Below, piece after piece: positions 20,940-31,692 of a stretch of DNA of 37,940 bases. The notes beneath the pieces are model-generated. The model saw only the letters and a program-made list of their open reading frames with translations, was not told the origin of the DNA and did no database searches. Each line of letters begins with the position of its first letter. Position 1 is the stretch's first letter. Source of the DNA: an uncultured Clostridia bacterium (GTDB lineage Bacteria; Bacillota; Clostridia; TANB77; CAG-508). Location: the NCBI GenBank assembly GCA_947628015.1, contig CANQYG010000003.1, forward strand, positions 1 to 37,940, written 5' to 3'. A program made the translations under genes and the position numbers.

Positions 20940-22529
20940 TCACTTATATAAAATATAATAGCGTGTATATTTTTCCTTTTTAAATCCCGTTTCTTCTATT
21001 TTATTTGCAGTATCTTTATTATAAGTTATATATACTGCATCATCTTCAAGATTTTCTAAATCTATATATCTTATATAATTACCATATCCAATTACCTCTA
21101 TTCCATCAGGAACTTTGACAACTTTTATATTTTCATAAAATTCATAAGGTGATATTGGATTTGCATACAAACTATATATATAATTTATATCTGTACATAA
21201 TTTTCTATCTTTTAATTCTGTACTACGAACATATTCTATAACATCTATATCTCCATTATCAAAATATGCATAATATTTGTTTGCAAATGTCATAAAATAT
21301 TCTTTAATAAACATTACAAAATACATAACTAATATAAATGTTATTATTGTAAAAATAGTTTTAGCTTTTTTCTTGATAGCCATTAATGTAACAAATATAA
21401 AATATGTTGCTGAGATGTATATTCCATTAGCTTTATTTATATTTAATTCTGTTAAATAGCATAATATAAAATTAGAAATAAATGCAAATAGCATTATTAC
21501 ACTTAAATCTATCTCTTTTGATTTTTCTACTTTCTTTTGTGCTATTAATATATTATTTCTTATAATTTTTACTATTGTAATGATTAATCCTAAACCCATA
21601 AGTATTGTTCCTAATGGATATAAAGGGCCAAATCCTTCTATTCCATTATAATCTATAAGTGGATTTATAAATACATATTTTAAATATTTTATATTGTGTG
21701 ATATTCTTGAAATACTTATTTCTCCTAATCTATTTTTATGTAGCTTTGGTATGGTTATAAATCCATCTATTTCATCTATCCATCCTCTTTGCACCATAAG
21801 CATTAATATTAGTGGAAGTGCAAGTATTATTAATGGAATGCAAAATACTATTATTTGTTTAAATTTTACTTTTTTCTTTATTAGTAAATAAATCAATGTT
21901 AATAGCAAAAATACAGGAATAATTATATAAGATAAAGCATAAGTATATAGAGTTATACCAAATATTAATCCCGATAATGCATATGACCACATTTTTCCGC
22001 TTTTTACTGCTTTTACTAAGCTATATATAGAAAATAGAAACATTGGTGAAAGTAAGTATGATTCTAATCCCCATCTTGATTTCATAATGTGCCATGGCAT
22101 TATTGTTACTAAAAACATAAAGAATAGCCCCTGCTTTTTTCCTTTAAATTCTTTTACTAAAAAATATGCTATTATTACTTCTATTACACTTAATATTAGC
22201 GCTGGTATCCTTATAATTGTTTCATTATAAAATCCTACTATTTTTATGACAATTGCTGTTAAATATGTATAAAGTGCATTTTGTCCTCCACCAAAGTTTA
22301 TAAAATAAACTGGAAGATGTTTCAAAAATCTATCTACTCCGTAGTTTGCTATACAATATGCATCATATGTCATACCTGCTTCATCAACATGGACACCACT
22401 TGGTACTTCACCTAGTCTATATGTATTTAAAATTATCGCAAGCATTAGTATTGCAAAGAAAATTATTTTATAATATTTTTCTATTAAATTTGTTATTTTC
22501 TCATATAATTTTATTTCTACATTTTTCAT
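20940..22529 (-). CDS. ArnT/PMT-like (GT39/GT83) GT-C glycosyltransferase
   Basis: PSGVHVDEAGMTYDAY loop with DE motif, PWHIMKSRWGLES, many TM segments; ends in TGA. Confidence 0.85.
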   Translation of the reverse strand: MKNVEIKLYEKITNLIEKYYKIIFFAILMLAIILNTYRLGEVPSGVHVDEAGMTYDAYCIANYGVDRFLKHLPVYFINFGGGQNALYTYLTAIVIKIVGFYNETIIRIPALILSVIEVIIAYFLVKEFKGKKQGLFFMFLVTIMPWHIMKSRWGLESYLLSPMFLFSIYSLVKAVKSGKMWSYALSGLIFGITLYTYALSYIIIPVFLLLTLIYLLIKKKVKFKQIIVFCIPLIILALPLILMLMVQRGWIDEIDGFITIPKLHKNRLGEISISRISHNIKYLKYVFINPLIDYNGIEGFGPLYPLGTILMGLGLIITIVKIIRNNILIAQKKVEKSKEIDLSVIMLFAFISNFILCYLTELNINKANGIYISATYFIFVTLMAIKKKAKTIFTIITFILVMYFVMFIKEYFMTFANKYYAYFDNGDIDVIEYVRSTELKDRKLCTDINYIYSLYANPISPYEFYENIKVVKVPDGIEVIGYGNYIRYIDLENLEDDAVYITYNKDTANKIEETGFKKEKYTRYYILYK

Positions 22530-22541
22530 TTTTTATTCCTT

Positions 22542-23486
22542 TTAATCGTTCGTTTCTTTTTTTCCGTTATATTCATTTACTAGATATAAAGGTCTATTTT
22601 TTGTTTCATTAAATATTCTTCCTAGATATTCTCCAACTATTCCAAATAAAAGTATCTGGATTCCTGAGAAGAATAATACCAACAATATAATTGCTTGAAA
22701 GGCTTGAATTACTTCACCTGTTATAACACATTTTGCAATTACATATATGAAATATATAAATAGTGCCATAAATGTTGGAATCGCAATATATGTTGATATT
22801 CTAAGAGGAGATGTTGTAAATGATGTTATTCCATCTATTGCAAGATTTACTAATTTTCTATAGTTCCATTTTGTTTTTCCTGCTACTCTTGGATCTCTAT
22901 CATAAAATATTGCTTTCTTTTTATACCCTATCCAACTAAAAATACTTTTTGAACATCTTTGTGATTCTCTTAATTTTTTAATTGCATTTACACATCTTCT
23001 ATCTAATAATCTAAAGTCTCCTGTGTCTTTTTGTATTTCTACATTAGTTAATGACTGAAGAACTCTATAATACATTTTTGATGTGAACTTTTTTAAGAAA
23101 GTTTCACCTTTCCTAGACTTTCTTTGTGCATATACATCATCATAACCTTCTTCCCAGTATTTAATCATTTCTGGTATTAGCTCTGGTGGGTCTTGAAGGT
23201 CTGCATCTATTAATATCACTGCATCTCCTGTTGCATAGTCTAAACCTGCTATCATTGCTGTTTCTTTTCCAAAATTTCTTGAAAAATCAACATACGAAAT
23301 TCTATTATCTTTTTCTCTATATTCTTTTATAAGGTCTAAAGTTTTATCTTTTGATCCATCATTTACAAAAAGTATTTCAAATTCATAATTTTCTATACTA
23401 TTAATTAGTTTTTCTAATCTTTCATATAAAAATGGTAGTGAATCTTGTTCATTGTATGCTGGTACAATAATAGATATTTTTTTCAT
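22542..23486 (-). CDS. GT2 polyprenyl-phosphate glycosyltransferase (GtrB/CsbB-like)
   Basis: IIVPAYNE, NDGSKD, FSRNFGKE, DADLQDPP, GDFRLLDR, two C-terminal TM, GEYLGRIF.ETKNRP. Confidence 0.92.
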   Translation of the reverse strand: MKKISIIVPAYNEQDSLPFLYERLEKLINSIENYEFEILFVNDGSKDKTLDLIKEYREKDNRISYVDFSRNFGKETAMIAGLDYATGDAVILIDADLQDPPELIPEMIKYWEEGYDDVYAQRKSRKGETFLKKFTSKMYYRVLQSLTNVEIQKDTGDFRLLDRRCVNAIKKLRESQRCSKSIFSWIGYKKKAIFYDRDPRVAGKTKWNYRKLVNLAIDGITSFTTSPLRISTYIAIPTFMALFIYFIYVIAKCVITGEVIQAFQAIILLVLFFSGIQILLFGIVGEYLGRIFNETKNRPLYLVNEYNGKKETND

Positions 23487-23509
23487 TTTTTATTTACTTC
23501 CTTTCATTT

Positions 23510-24565
23510 TTATTCTACTATAAAATACTTTTCAAATTTTAAGTCTAATTTATTAATTAATTTATCTGTCTTTTTATTAAATATAATTTTTTCTATTAAC
23601 TTTCTAACTATTTCACAAAGACATGCAATTATCCATATAGCTAAAACTACCAAAATTATATATTTCAAATTTTGTACTTTTCCTATATCAAAATATAGTG
23701 TCCTCCAAAGAAAATATCTTACCATATAATTTTCATGGATTAAAAATACTGCTAAACTGCATTTTGCAATCCAATTTAATATGTAATTGTTTCCTAATTT
23801 TATATTTTTAAATAAGTAAAATATTAATATTGAAAATGCTAATATTGTAATTTGCATTTCTCTAGTATCAAAAGTTACTACTTTCGATAAAAGATTTGTT
23901 GAAGACCATATATACATACAAGAATAAATTAATGCAGAAATAATCATATACATAAATATTTTTGTTTTATTTTCGTTCTCTAAAAATTTAATTCCATAAA
24001 GTTGTATATATGCGCCTATAAAATAAAAGATAATAAATTTGCTTATTCCACTAATTAAATTGCTTATATATGTAAAACTACATAAACAAGATATAAATAT
24101 AATTACTTTAAAGAAATTATCTAGATTTTTCTTTTCTACACTTTTTATTGCTTTATTCATAAATGGTGAAAGTAAATACATTATAAAGTAGTTAGAGATA
24201 AAACCATATCTAGTAAATATAATAGGTAAAAAATCACCAATTGATATTTCTATATTAGGAATGAATATTTTTAACACACATATACAAGATACTGAATAGA
24301 AAAATACTTCAAACCATAATTTTAATAATTTTTTTAAGGTAATTTTTTTATTTATTAAATAATAACCTGAAATTATTACAAATATATTATTTCCTAACGG
24401 TCCTAATGGTAGAAAAATATTATATAAAAAATTGTTATCATCTATAAGATTAGTGTATAAGCCAAGATGATGCAATATAATAAATATCATAGACACAATT
24501 CTTAATAACTCTATATTTGAATTTCTAACATTTGTTTGTTCATTTAATGATATTTCTTTTTTCAT
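23510..24565 (-). CDS. Acyltransferase-3 family (OafA-like) membrane O-acyltransferase
   Basis: RNSNIELLRIVSM..IILHH, FVIISGY, SLAVFLIHEN; about 10 TM segments. Confidence 0.88.
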   Translation of the reverse strand: MKKEISLNEQTNVRNSNIELLRIVSMIFIILHHLGLYTNLIDDNNFLYNIFLPLGPLGNNIFVIISGYYLINKKITLKKLLKLWFEVFFYSVSCICVLKIFIPNIEISIGDFLPIIFTRYGFISNYFIMYLLSPFMNKAIKSVEKKNLDNFFKVIIFISCLCSFTYISNLISGISKFIIFYFIGAYIQLYGIKFLENENKTKIFMYMIISALIYSCMYIWSSTNLLSKVVTFDTREMQITILAFSILIFYLFKNIKLGNNYILNWIAKCSLAVFLIHENYMVRYFLWRTLYFDIGKVQNLKYIILVVLAIWIIACLCEIVRKLIEKIIFNKKTDKLINKLDLKFEKYFIVE

Positions 24566-24577
24566 CTTTTCTTCTTT

Positions 24578-26104
24578 CTATTTTTTCTTTTTTATTATAA
24601 CTTTAATTTTATTTATTTCAATTCCTACTATTGGTATTAAAACTACAATATATGGAATAATGTATCTAGATTTTGCTTCCCATATAGTATGAAATAAAAA
24701 TCCTCCTATAAATATTGTCAGTAACAATATAATTTCATTTGATAAATTTTTTCTATTTTGATATATAACTAATATGCTACAAATAAATATTATCAAAATT
24801 AAAGCTTTTTGATATAACATTATTTTTCCATTTATTTCATTCAAGTATTTATCTATTTTTTCTGCTCCATTTTCTTGAGATAAAAAGTTTTTTGACATAT
24901 TATATCTTACTGCTCCAAATGTAGTTTCTGTCCACATTGAACAATTTTTTTCTATAAAAAAGCTTGCTGTATAATCTGGATTTTCTTTCAAATATTTTAT
25001 CCTATCTTTTAACATTGGTAAATATATTTTTTTACATTCATCTATATTTTTATATGCAATGTTTGCAATCTCAAAATTATATCCTCCTGGAACTGGCGAT
25101 TCATCATTCAAACCTATTAACACATAACCTATAGCTGGAATGCTTTTATTTGTGCCTAAGTTGTATTTATTTAATAAACTATTTTTTATCAAAGTCGCTG
25201 GTACAATTGATATTATAATAAAACTTACTATAATTAATATTTTAGACAATATTTTATCTTTTTTACTTATTAAATCTAAAAATAAATATATAATCATTGC
25301 TATTATAAAAATTAATATATTCATTCTCATCATATAAGAAATTGCCATTAATAATGCAGAGTATATTGCATATCTAATTTTGCCCTCTCTTGTATATCTC
25401 ATTATGAAATATACTCCTAGCATTGCAAACGCCATTCCTGAGAGATCTCCATAAATAAAAGTTGTAAGTAATGGGATTGTAAAAAATGTAAAATATACTA
25501 CCATTGCTAAATATTTATTTACTTTGTATTTTTTTTGCAGTTCTTCACATATTAAAAATATTGCAATAGCCAAAATTAAATTACAAAGCACATTAAAATA
25601 TTCTATTATAACAAAGCTTGTGCTATTGAATATTTTAAAAAGTAAACTCCAAATAAAAGCAAGTGTAAATTGTTGATTGCATCTTTCAAAATATGTATCA
25701 GTCGATAATGCTCCTCCATAGCAACTTGTATTTGTAATATATTCTTCTACTCTATCTTCTGTCATTGTTTGTGCTAATTTATATACAGCTTGTTGATCAG
25801 ATACTGGAGATGATTGTCTTACATTAATCCATACTATTTGAACTGCAACATATAAAAATAAAACTATTCCAAATATTATATATTTCTTTTTTATATTTTT
25901 GCTATTTTTCTTAATCAATTTGCATGCCCAATATATTGCTCCAGATAAAAGTATTAGTCCTACTAAATATGGTATTTTATTTATTTGTATGTTTACATCT
26001 TCTGTTATATCTATTGTAGAATTAAATAAGACATTAAGCATTACAACAATTGTTAATAAACAAATTCCTATTATACATATTACATTTTTTAAAAATTTAC
26101 TCAT
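24578..26104 (-). CDS. GT-C-type membrane glycosyltransferase (putative)
   Basis: 508 aa polytopic; SPVSDQ loop, FIYGD, RMN, FHTIWEAKSRY. Confidence 0.7.
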   Translation of the reverse strand: MSKFLKNVICIIGICLLTIVVMLNVLFNSTIDITEDVNIQINKIPYLVGLILLSGAIYWACKLIKKNSKNIKKKYIIFGIVLFLYVAVQIVWINVRQSSPVSDQQAVYKLAQTMTEDRVEEYITNTSCYGGALSTDTYFERCNQQFTLAFIWSLLFKIFNSTSFVIIEYFNVLCNLILAIAIFLICEELQKKYKVNKYLAMVVYFTFFTIPLLTTFIYGDLSGMAFAMLGVYFIMRYTREGKIRYAIYSALLMAISYMMRMNILIFIIAMIIYLFLDLISKKDKILSKILIIVSFIIISIVPATLIKNSLLNKYNLGTNKSIPAIGYVLIGLNDESPVPGGYNFEIANIAYKNIDECKKIYLPMLKDRIKYLKENPDYTASFFIEKNCSMWTETTFGAVRYNMSKNFLSQENGAEKIDKYLNEINGKIMLYQKALILIIFICSILVIYQNRKNLSNEIILLLTIFIGGFLFHTIWEAKSRYIIPYIVVLIPIVGIEINKIKVIIKKKK

Positions 26105-26117
26105 TTATTTTCCAATC

Positions 26118-27050
26118 TTAAAAATTTATTTTTTTATCTATTATGTATTCTGGTCTATCTTTAGTTTCATCATATATTCTTGCAATATATTCACCAATCA
26201 TCCAAAGTGAAATAAGTATTGTTCCACATAAAAATGTTACTGTAATCATTATTGAGGTCCAGCCTGCTGTTAAATTATTCCACTTAAATACAAATGATAA
26301 TATTGAATATATTAATATTGCTAATGATATAATTACTGACATTATACCTAATGTACCTACTAATTTTAATGGCTTTATTGAAAAACTTATAATTCCATCT
26401 GATGCTAATTTTAACATCTTTTTTAATGGATACTTTGTCTTTCCTGCAAAACGCTCTTTTCTTTCATATTCATAGGCTTTTTGCTTAAATCCTACCCAGC
26501 TAAATAATCCTCTTAAAAATTTATTATGCTCTGGAAGGCTATTTACTACATCTACCACTTTTCTATCAACTAGTCTAAAGTCTCCTGTATTTTTTGGTAT
26601 TTCAATATCTGATAATTTATTTATCATAGAATAAAATGCTTTTGCTGATAAAAGCTTAAATGCTGACTCGCCTTCGCGTTTTTTTCTTTTTCCATAAATT
26701 ACTTCATATCCTTCTTCCCATTTTTCTATCATACCAGGAATTTCTTCTGGTGGATCTTGAAGGTCTGCATCTATTATAACTACTGCATCTCCAGTTGTAG
26801 CCTTAAGTCCACTCGTTACAGCTGCTTGATGTCCAAAGTTTCTTGAAAATGATATTATTTTTATTTTCTTATCTTTTTTTGCTTTTTCTTCTAAAATTTC
26901 TAGAGTTTTATCTTGTGAGCCATCATTTACTATAATTAGCTCATAATCATAATCTTTTAAATTTAAAAATACATCAGATACTTTTTTCAAGCACTCATTT
27001 GCTACACTTTCTTCATTATACATTGGTATAACAACAGATATCTTTTTCAC
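26118..27050 (-). CDS. GT2 polyprenyl-phosphate glycosyltransferase (GtrB/YkoT-like)
   Basis: VVIPMYNEE, NDGSQD, FSRNFGHQAA, DADLQDPP, GDFRLVDR, GEYIARIYDETKDRP; GTG start. Confidence 0.92.
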   Translation of the reverse strand: MKKISVVIPMYNEESVANECLKKVSDVFLNLKDYDYELIIVNDGSQDKTLEILEEKAKKDKKIKIISFSRNFGHQAAVTSGLKATTGDAVVIIDADLQDPPEEIPGMIEKWEEGYEVIYGKRKKREGESAFKLLSAKAFYSMINKLSDIEIPKNTGDFRLVDRKVVDVVNSLPEHNKFLRGLFSWVGFKQKAYEYERKERFAGKTKYPLKKMLKLASDGIISFSIKPLKLVGTLGIMSVIISLAILIYSILSFVFKWNNLTAGWTSIMITVTFLCGTILISLWMIGEYIARIYDETKDRPEYIIDKKINF

Positions 27051-27071
27051 CTTTTTTAGTCCTTCCTTTTA

Positions 27072-28532
27072 TTAGAATTTGCATAAATGAATTGTATTTC
27101 CTACAAATATAACTTGTTCTTTATTAAAACTATCCCAATCTTTTTCTGCAAATTGATTTTGCAACTCTTCATCTTTCTCTGCTCTTACTAATTTTAATCC
27201 ATTATAATAATTAATCATTTCAACATCTGACCAATCTGGTCCGAATCCTGAAACATTCATATCTCCGGAAGTAAATATATTTTGATATGAAAATGCGTGT
27301 GATGCATCTACATAAATACATATATTTGTTACTTCTATTCCTGTTTCTTCTTGATACTCATTTATCATTTTTCCAATTTCAATTGAATTCATTTTATCTG
27401 TGTAATTTAAGTTGTAGTGAGCTATTTCTATATTGTTGAAACATATAAATTGTACTATTGTAAAAATCACACAAATTGTATTAAATAATGTATTTTTCAA
27501 ACCTTCTTCTTTTTCAATATTTACACAAGTATATAAAATTATTAAACCAAAAAGAGAGGCAAAAGCATAACTTGACCTTGCGACAAACCATATTGAATCT
27601 GTATTTTGCATTGCAAAAGGAGCAAGTGTTATTAATACATCTAATACTGCAACATAAATTAACCCCAATATTTTACTAATTTTTTTACTCTTTATCATTA
27701 TAATTAGTGATATTAAAATTGCTATTGTAGTCATTATTAAAAAGAAATATTTTGGAAGAATGTTGTATGTAAATAACATTTTTTCGCATCCTTCTGATAT
27801 CTTTTCTAATGTATCTGCAAAGTTTACAGCACCATTTACTCTGGCATTTGAGAAAAATATTCTAATTATTAAAAGATTTATTATAGCTGGCAAACCATAG
27901 CATAAAAACATCCATATATTATTTACTATAAAATCTTTAATGTTTTTCGAATATTTAACAATAAATATTGATGCAATTGCTATATAAATTGCAACTGTTC
28001 CTTGATAACTAAATGTTGAAATAAGCATAAAAATAAATGAAAATACTAAGTGTTTTCTTCCTTTTTCTTTATCTTCTAGATATTTTACAAATTGCTCTAC
28101 TGCACATACAGCCATAAGAATTGAAAGTAAAAGTACACCTTTTTCTAGATACATAAAATATTCTACCGAAAATGGATTTATAATAATCAAAGTAGTAACA
28201 ATAATACTTAGAAAATTATTTTGTATAAACTTTTTTACTATCAAATTTAGCTTGTAAAGTGCAATTGTAGTTGATAATATTGCAATTGAATATGTTAATA
28301 TATTTTTTGATGTAATACCTAGTCTTAACACTCCAACTAAAGCAAACCACATTGCACTTAAAATTCTTCCAGATGAAAGAAAATGATTTACTATATCTCT
28401 TGTTGGCATTGCAAATACACTATAAGTATCAACAGCAAATTGCATTTTTGCATAAGTTCCAAAAAATACTATTGTAATTAAAAAGAATATATATAATTTA
28501 TAGTCTTTAAATATGTTTTTTATTTTTTCCAT
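27072..28532 (-). CDS. Glucosyltransferase GtrII-like membrane protein
   Basis: FAVDTY...SSGR, SYQG motif, about 10 TM segments; adjacent to a GtrB-like gene. Confidence 0.75.
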   Translation of the reverse strand: MEKIKNIFKDYKLYIFFLITIVFFGTYAKMQFAVDTYSVFAMPTRDIVNHFLSSGRILSAMWFALVGVLRLGITSKNILTYSIAILSTTIALYKLNLIVKKFIQNNFLSIIVTTLIIINPFSVEYFMYLEKGVLLLSILMAVCAVEQFVKYLEDKEKGRKHLVFSFIFMLISTFSYQGTVAIYIAIASIFIVKYSKNIKDFIVNNIWMFLCYGLPAIINLLIIRIFFSNARVNGAVNFADTLEKISEGCEKMLFTYNILPKYFFLIMTTIAILISLIIMIKSKKISKILGLIYVAVLDVLITLAPFAMQNTDSIWFVARSSYAFASLFGLIILYTCVNIEKEEGLKNTLFNTICVIFTIVQFICFNNIEIAHYNLNYTDKMNSIEIGKMINEYQEETGIEVTNICIYVDASHAFSYQNIFTSGDMNVSGFGPDWSDVEMINYYNGLKLVRAEKDEELQNQFAEKDWDSFNKEQVIFVGNTIHLCKF

Positions 28533-28543
28533 GATTACCCCTA

Positions 28544-30805
28544 TTATCTTTTAATCTTCCATAAAAAATCTTTGATTCCAGTCTTTTTTATTAACTTTAT
28601 CATACCTCTATACCATCTATGTTGCCACATTACTTCTTTAAATAGTTCAAATTTATAATTAATTGCTTTAAAGCCAAAGTATTTATTATATTCTTCACAT
28701 TCCCATTCATACTCTATTCTATCAGTTATAAAGTATTTATTAATTAATTCTTTTGTAACTGATATATTTTTACTTAAGGCTTTTCCATTTTCTATTTTTT
28801 CTTCATTTGGATTTTTACATACTTCTTCAAAAATACTACTCATTTGCTCTGTCATTTTTTCTAATGTGAATCCATCTAATATTCTTTTTCTACATTTTGA
28901 TTTATATGAATCTAAATCACTTAATATTTTTTGAATTGCGTCTACATATAAATTTATTTCTTCTTTTTCATAATTAATATTTCTAATATCTTCTTCCTCT
29001 TGAAGGCAAGGAACTATTACTCCTACTTCATCATTTATTAACTCTTTTTGTCCTCCAACATCACTTGAAATTACTGGTATTCCCATACTTAAAGATTCAT
29101 AAGATGTTAGTGCTAGACCTTCTTTTATTGAGCAATTTATTGTTATATCACTTACACTATATATTTCTTGTGTTTTATCTGTTGAATCTAAGAAACATAT
29201 ATAATCCATAATTTTAAGTTTTTTTGCTTTTGCCTTTACTTCATTTAATAATAAGCCTCCTCCTACTATCAAGAATAATATATCTTTTCTTAATGTAGAA
29301 ATTTCTTTTATTATGTCTAGCAATAAAAATGGTCTCTTTTGCTCTGTAATTCTACATATATAGCTTATTATAAATTTATCTTTTGGCAAATTGTATTTTT
29401 CTATTAATTCATTTTTATCATAATTTTCTGGATTAAATTTTTCTTTATCTACTCCAATATATACTGTTTGCGTTTCTTTTTCTTTTCTTTTAAAGTAGTC
29501 TATTAATATTTTTCTACTATTTTCATTGCAAATTAAAGTTTTATCTATTACAGATTCATTTGCACTTGAATCTCTTGAATATCCGCCATTTCTGTTATAC
29601 CATTCTTCCATATGAACATAATCTATTATTGGAATAGATGGATTTTTTGCTTTTAGATATGGCAAAATAGAATATCCCATTTCACTATTTGTATTAAATA
29701 CTAAGTTTATATTGTTTTTTCTTATTATGTATTCTATAAAAGATGGCCAGTATTTCTGGTCTATAAATGTTGTTAAATCATATACAGTACAATATTTTTC
29801 AAACTCTTGTCTAAAACCATTTTTTTCTGGTTCTGTACTTATTACTGTAAAGCTAAATTTTTCTTTATCTAATCTTTTTAAAAGCTCTAAATTAAATCTG
29901 TCAGCTCCTCCCATTACCATCCAAGGAACTATCATAAGTATATTTATTTTCTCATTTTTTTCTTGACTTATTTGTGGCATTTGGTCAAAAATATCTTTTA
30001 ATTGCCAATTATAGTTGTACATTGGGTATTGAATTGCTTCTACTCTCTTTTTAACAGTTTCACCTGTTGCTTTTATTACTTCTAAGGCTCTTTTTTTATT
30101 TTCTTTTGCCCTTGTAAGTTCACTTCCTTCTTTTTTTCTCCTGTACCACATACCATAAAAGTTCATCCTAACAGGAAATTTGCCCAAAGCAAGTAGTTTA
30201 AGCCAAAAATTCCAATCTTCATATACCGCTTTTTCTCTTAGAGTATATCCATTTACCTCAAAAAAATCTTTTTTCCTAAGTATTCATGTACTTACCAAAT
30301 CATTTTCTTTTTTCATTTTTTCGCTGTCAAACCATTTATTCCATGTATATTCTATGCCTTCAAATCCAACAGAATCAGTATATGCCCAAGAAGCTTCTTT
30401 GTTTGTTTCTAAAGTCCAATATCCACACTCTAGATATGTTTTTTCTATTAAATCATCATCATCTATAAACATTAAATATTTGGCACTTGCAATTGATTTA
30501 CTTGCCCCAAAATCTCTAGTTGCTGACAATCCTTCATTTTTTTTGTGAAATACTTTGATTCTATTATCTAATTTTTTTATATTTTCTAATTCTTTCAATG
30601 CTTCTTTGTCATCTGAACCATCATCTATAATTAAAAGTTCAAAGCAAGGAAATGTTTGATTTAATAGTGAATTTACAGTTTGTCTTATATATTTTTTGCT
30701 ATTATAAAATGGCATAATTATTGATATAAGTGGCTCTTCATTGTTATATTTTATCTTTTCTAATTTTTTTCCTGGTTCTTGTGTAAAATCAAATAGTTTA
30801 TTCAT
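28544..30805 (-). CDS. Bifunctional GT2-GT4 glycosyltransferase interrupted by one in-frame TGA (30284-30286)
   Basis: ORFs 30284..30805 and 28544..30187 share a frame. Read-through gives ..DLVST*ILRKKDFFEVNGY...YEDWNFWLKL (GT2), then GGADRF, QKRP, EGLALTSYESLSMGIPVISSDVGG (GT4); about 753 codons. Confidence 0.85.
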
Positions 30806-30859
30806 AATTCATATGCTTTTTTTTTAGCATTCTCCTTTCATAATTTTAAAATTATTGCA

Positions 30860-31633
30860 TTATAATTCTTCTGCAAATCTCTTTTGTAATTTATTAAATA
30901 TTGCATATCCAATAAGTACAACTAATATTCCAATTGCAATTATAACAAAAATACTTTTCATATTAGGCATTTGTTGATAATAAAATATGTCTCTATACCC
31001 TTCTATAATGTGAGTCATTGGATTTATATTTAATATCCATCTAAATCTTTCTGGTATTGTATCTATTGAATATACTATTGGAGTTCCATAAAAAAGTAAT
31101 TGTAAAAATACTCCAATAAAATGTTGCAAGTCTCTAAAATATACTGTTACACAAGATACTATCAATGAAATTCCTATTAAAATAATATATTGTGCAAGTA
31201 ATAAAAGTGGATAAAATAATATAAGTGTTGAGATTCCTACTCCTGTTATTAATACAAATCCAATTATTATTACTGTTGATATTAAAAATGTAATTGTTTC
31301 ACTTGTTACTAAAGAAATCGGCAAAATTTCTCTTGGGAAATATACTTTTTTAATAATATTTCCATTTTCAATCATAACACCGGCTGACCTATTTATAACA
31401 CTTGCAAAATATGTCCAAGGAATAAGTCCACATACCATAAATACTGTGTAATTTTCTATATTATTTCTCATAATTAGTGGAAATACAATAGCATATACAC
31501 ATATTTGAAGTAGTGGATTTATAAATGACCATATAACTCCTAAAAATGAATTTTTATATTTTCCACCTATGTCTTTTTTTATACTTGTTTTTAACAGTTC
31601 CCTATATTGATATAATCTTTTAAAAATACTCAT
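30860..31633 (-). CDS. wzm: Polysaccharide ABC exporter permease (Wzm/TagG/RgpC-like)
   Basis: KYKNSFLGVIWSFINPL, KKVYFPREILP, YFRDLQH, TPIVY, NPM, FAEEL. Confidence 0.92.
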   Translation of the reverse strand: MSIFKRLYQYRELLKTSIKKDIGGKYKNSFLGVIWSFINPLLQICVYAIVFPLIMRNNIENYTVFMVCGLIPWTYFASVINRSAGVMIENGNIIKKVYFPREILPISLVTSETITFLISTVIIIGFVLITGVGISTLILFYPLLLLAQYIILIGISLIVSCVTVYFRDLQHFIGVFLQLLFYGTPIVYSIDTIPERFRWILNINPMTHIIEGYRDIFYYQQMPNMKSIFVIIAIGILVVLIGYAIFNKLQKRFAEEL

Positions 31634-31692
31634 CTATGTTTCCTTTCAAATTTAGACATTTTTTTATTCTAATTATAGCTTTTTTTCATAAG

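Noticed and set aside
7100-30280. AGG as a frameshift trigger or reassigned codon
   Set aside because: In-frame AGG sits at expected Arg positions with no break (DIRTYG near 7120; ILRKK and PVRMN near 30170-30280).
28544-30805. Genome-wide UGA reassignment (code 4 or 25)
   Set aside because: Only one internal TGA among about 30 genes; Trp and Gly use standard codons; TGA appears to terminate the 20940 gene.
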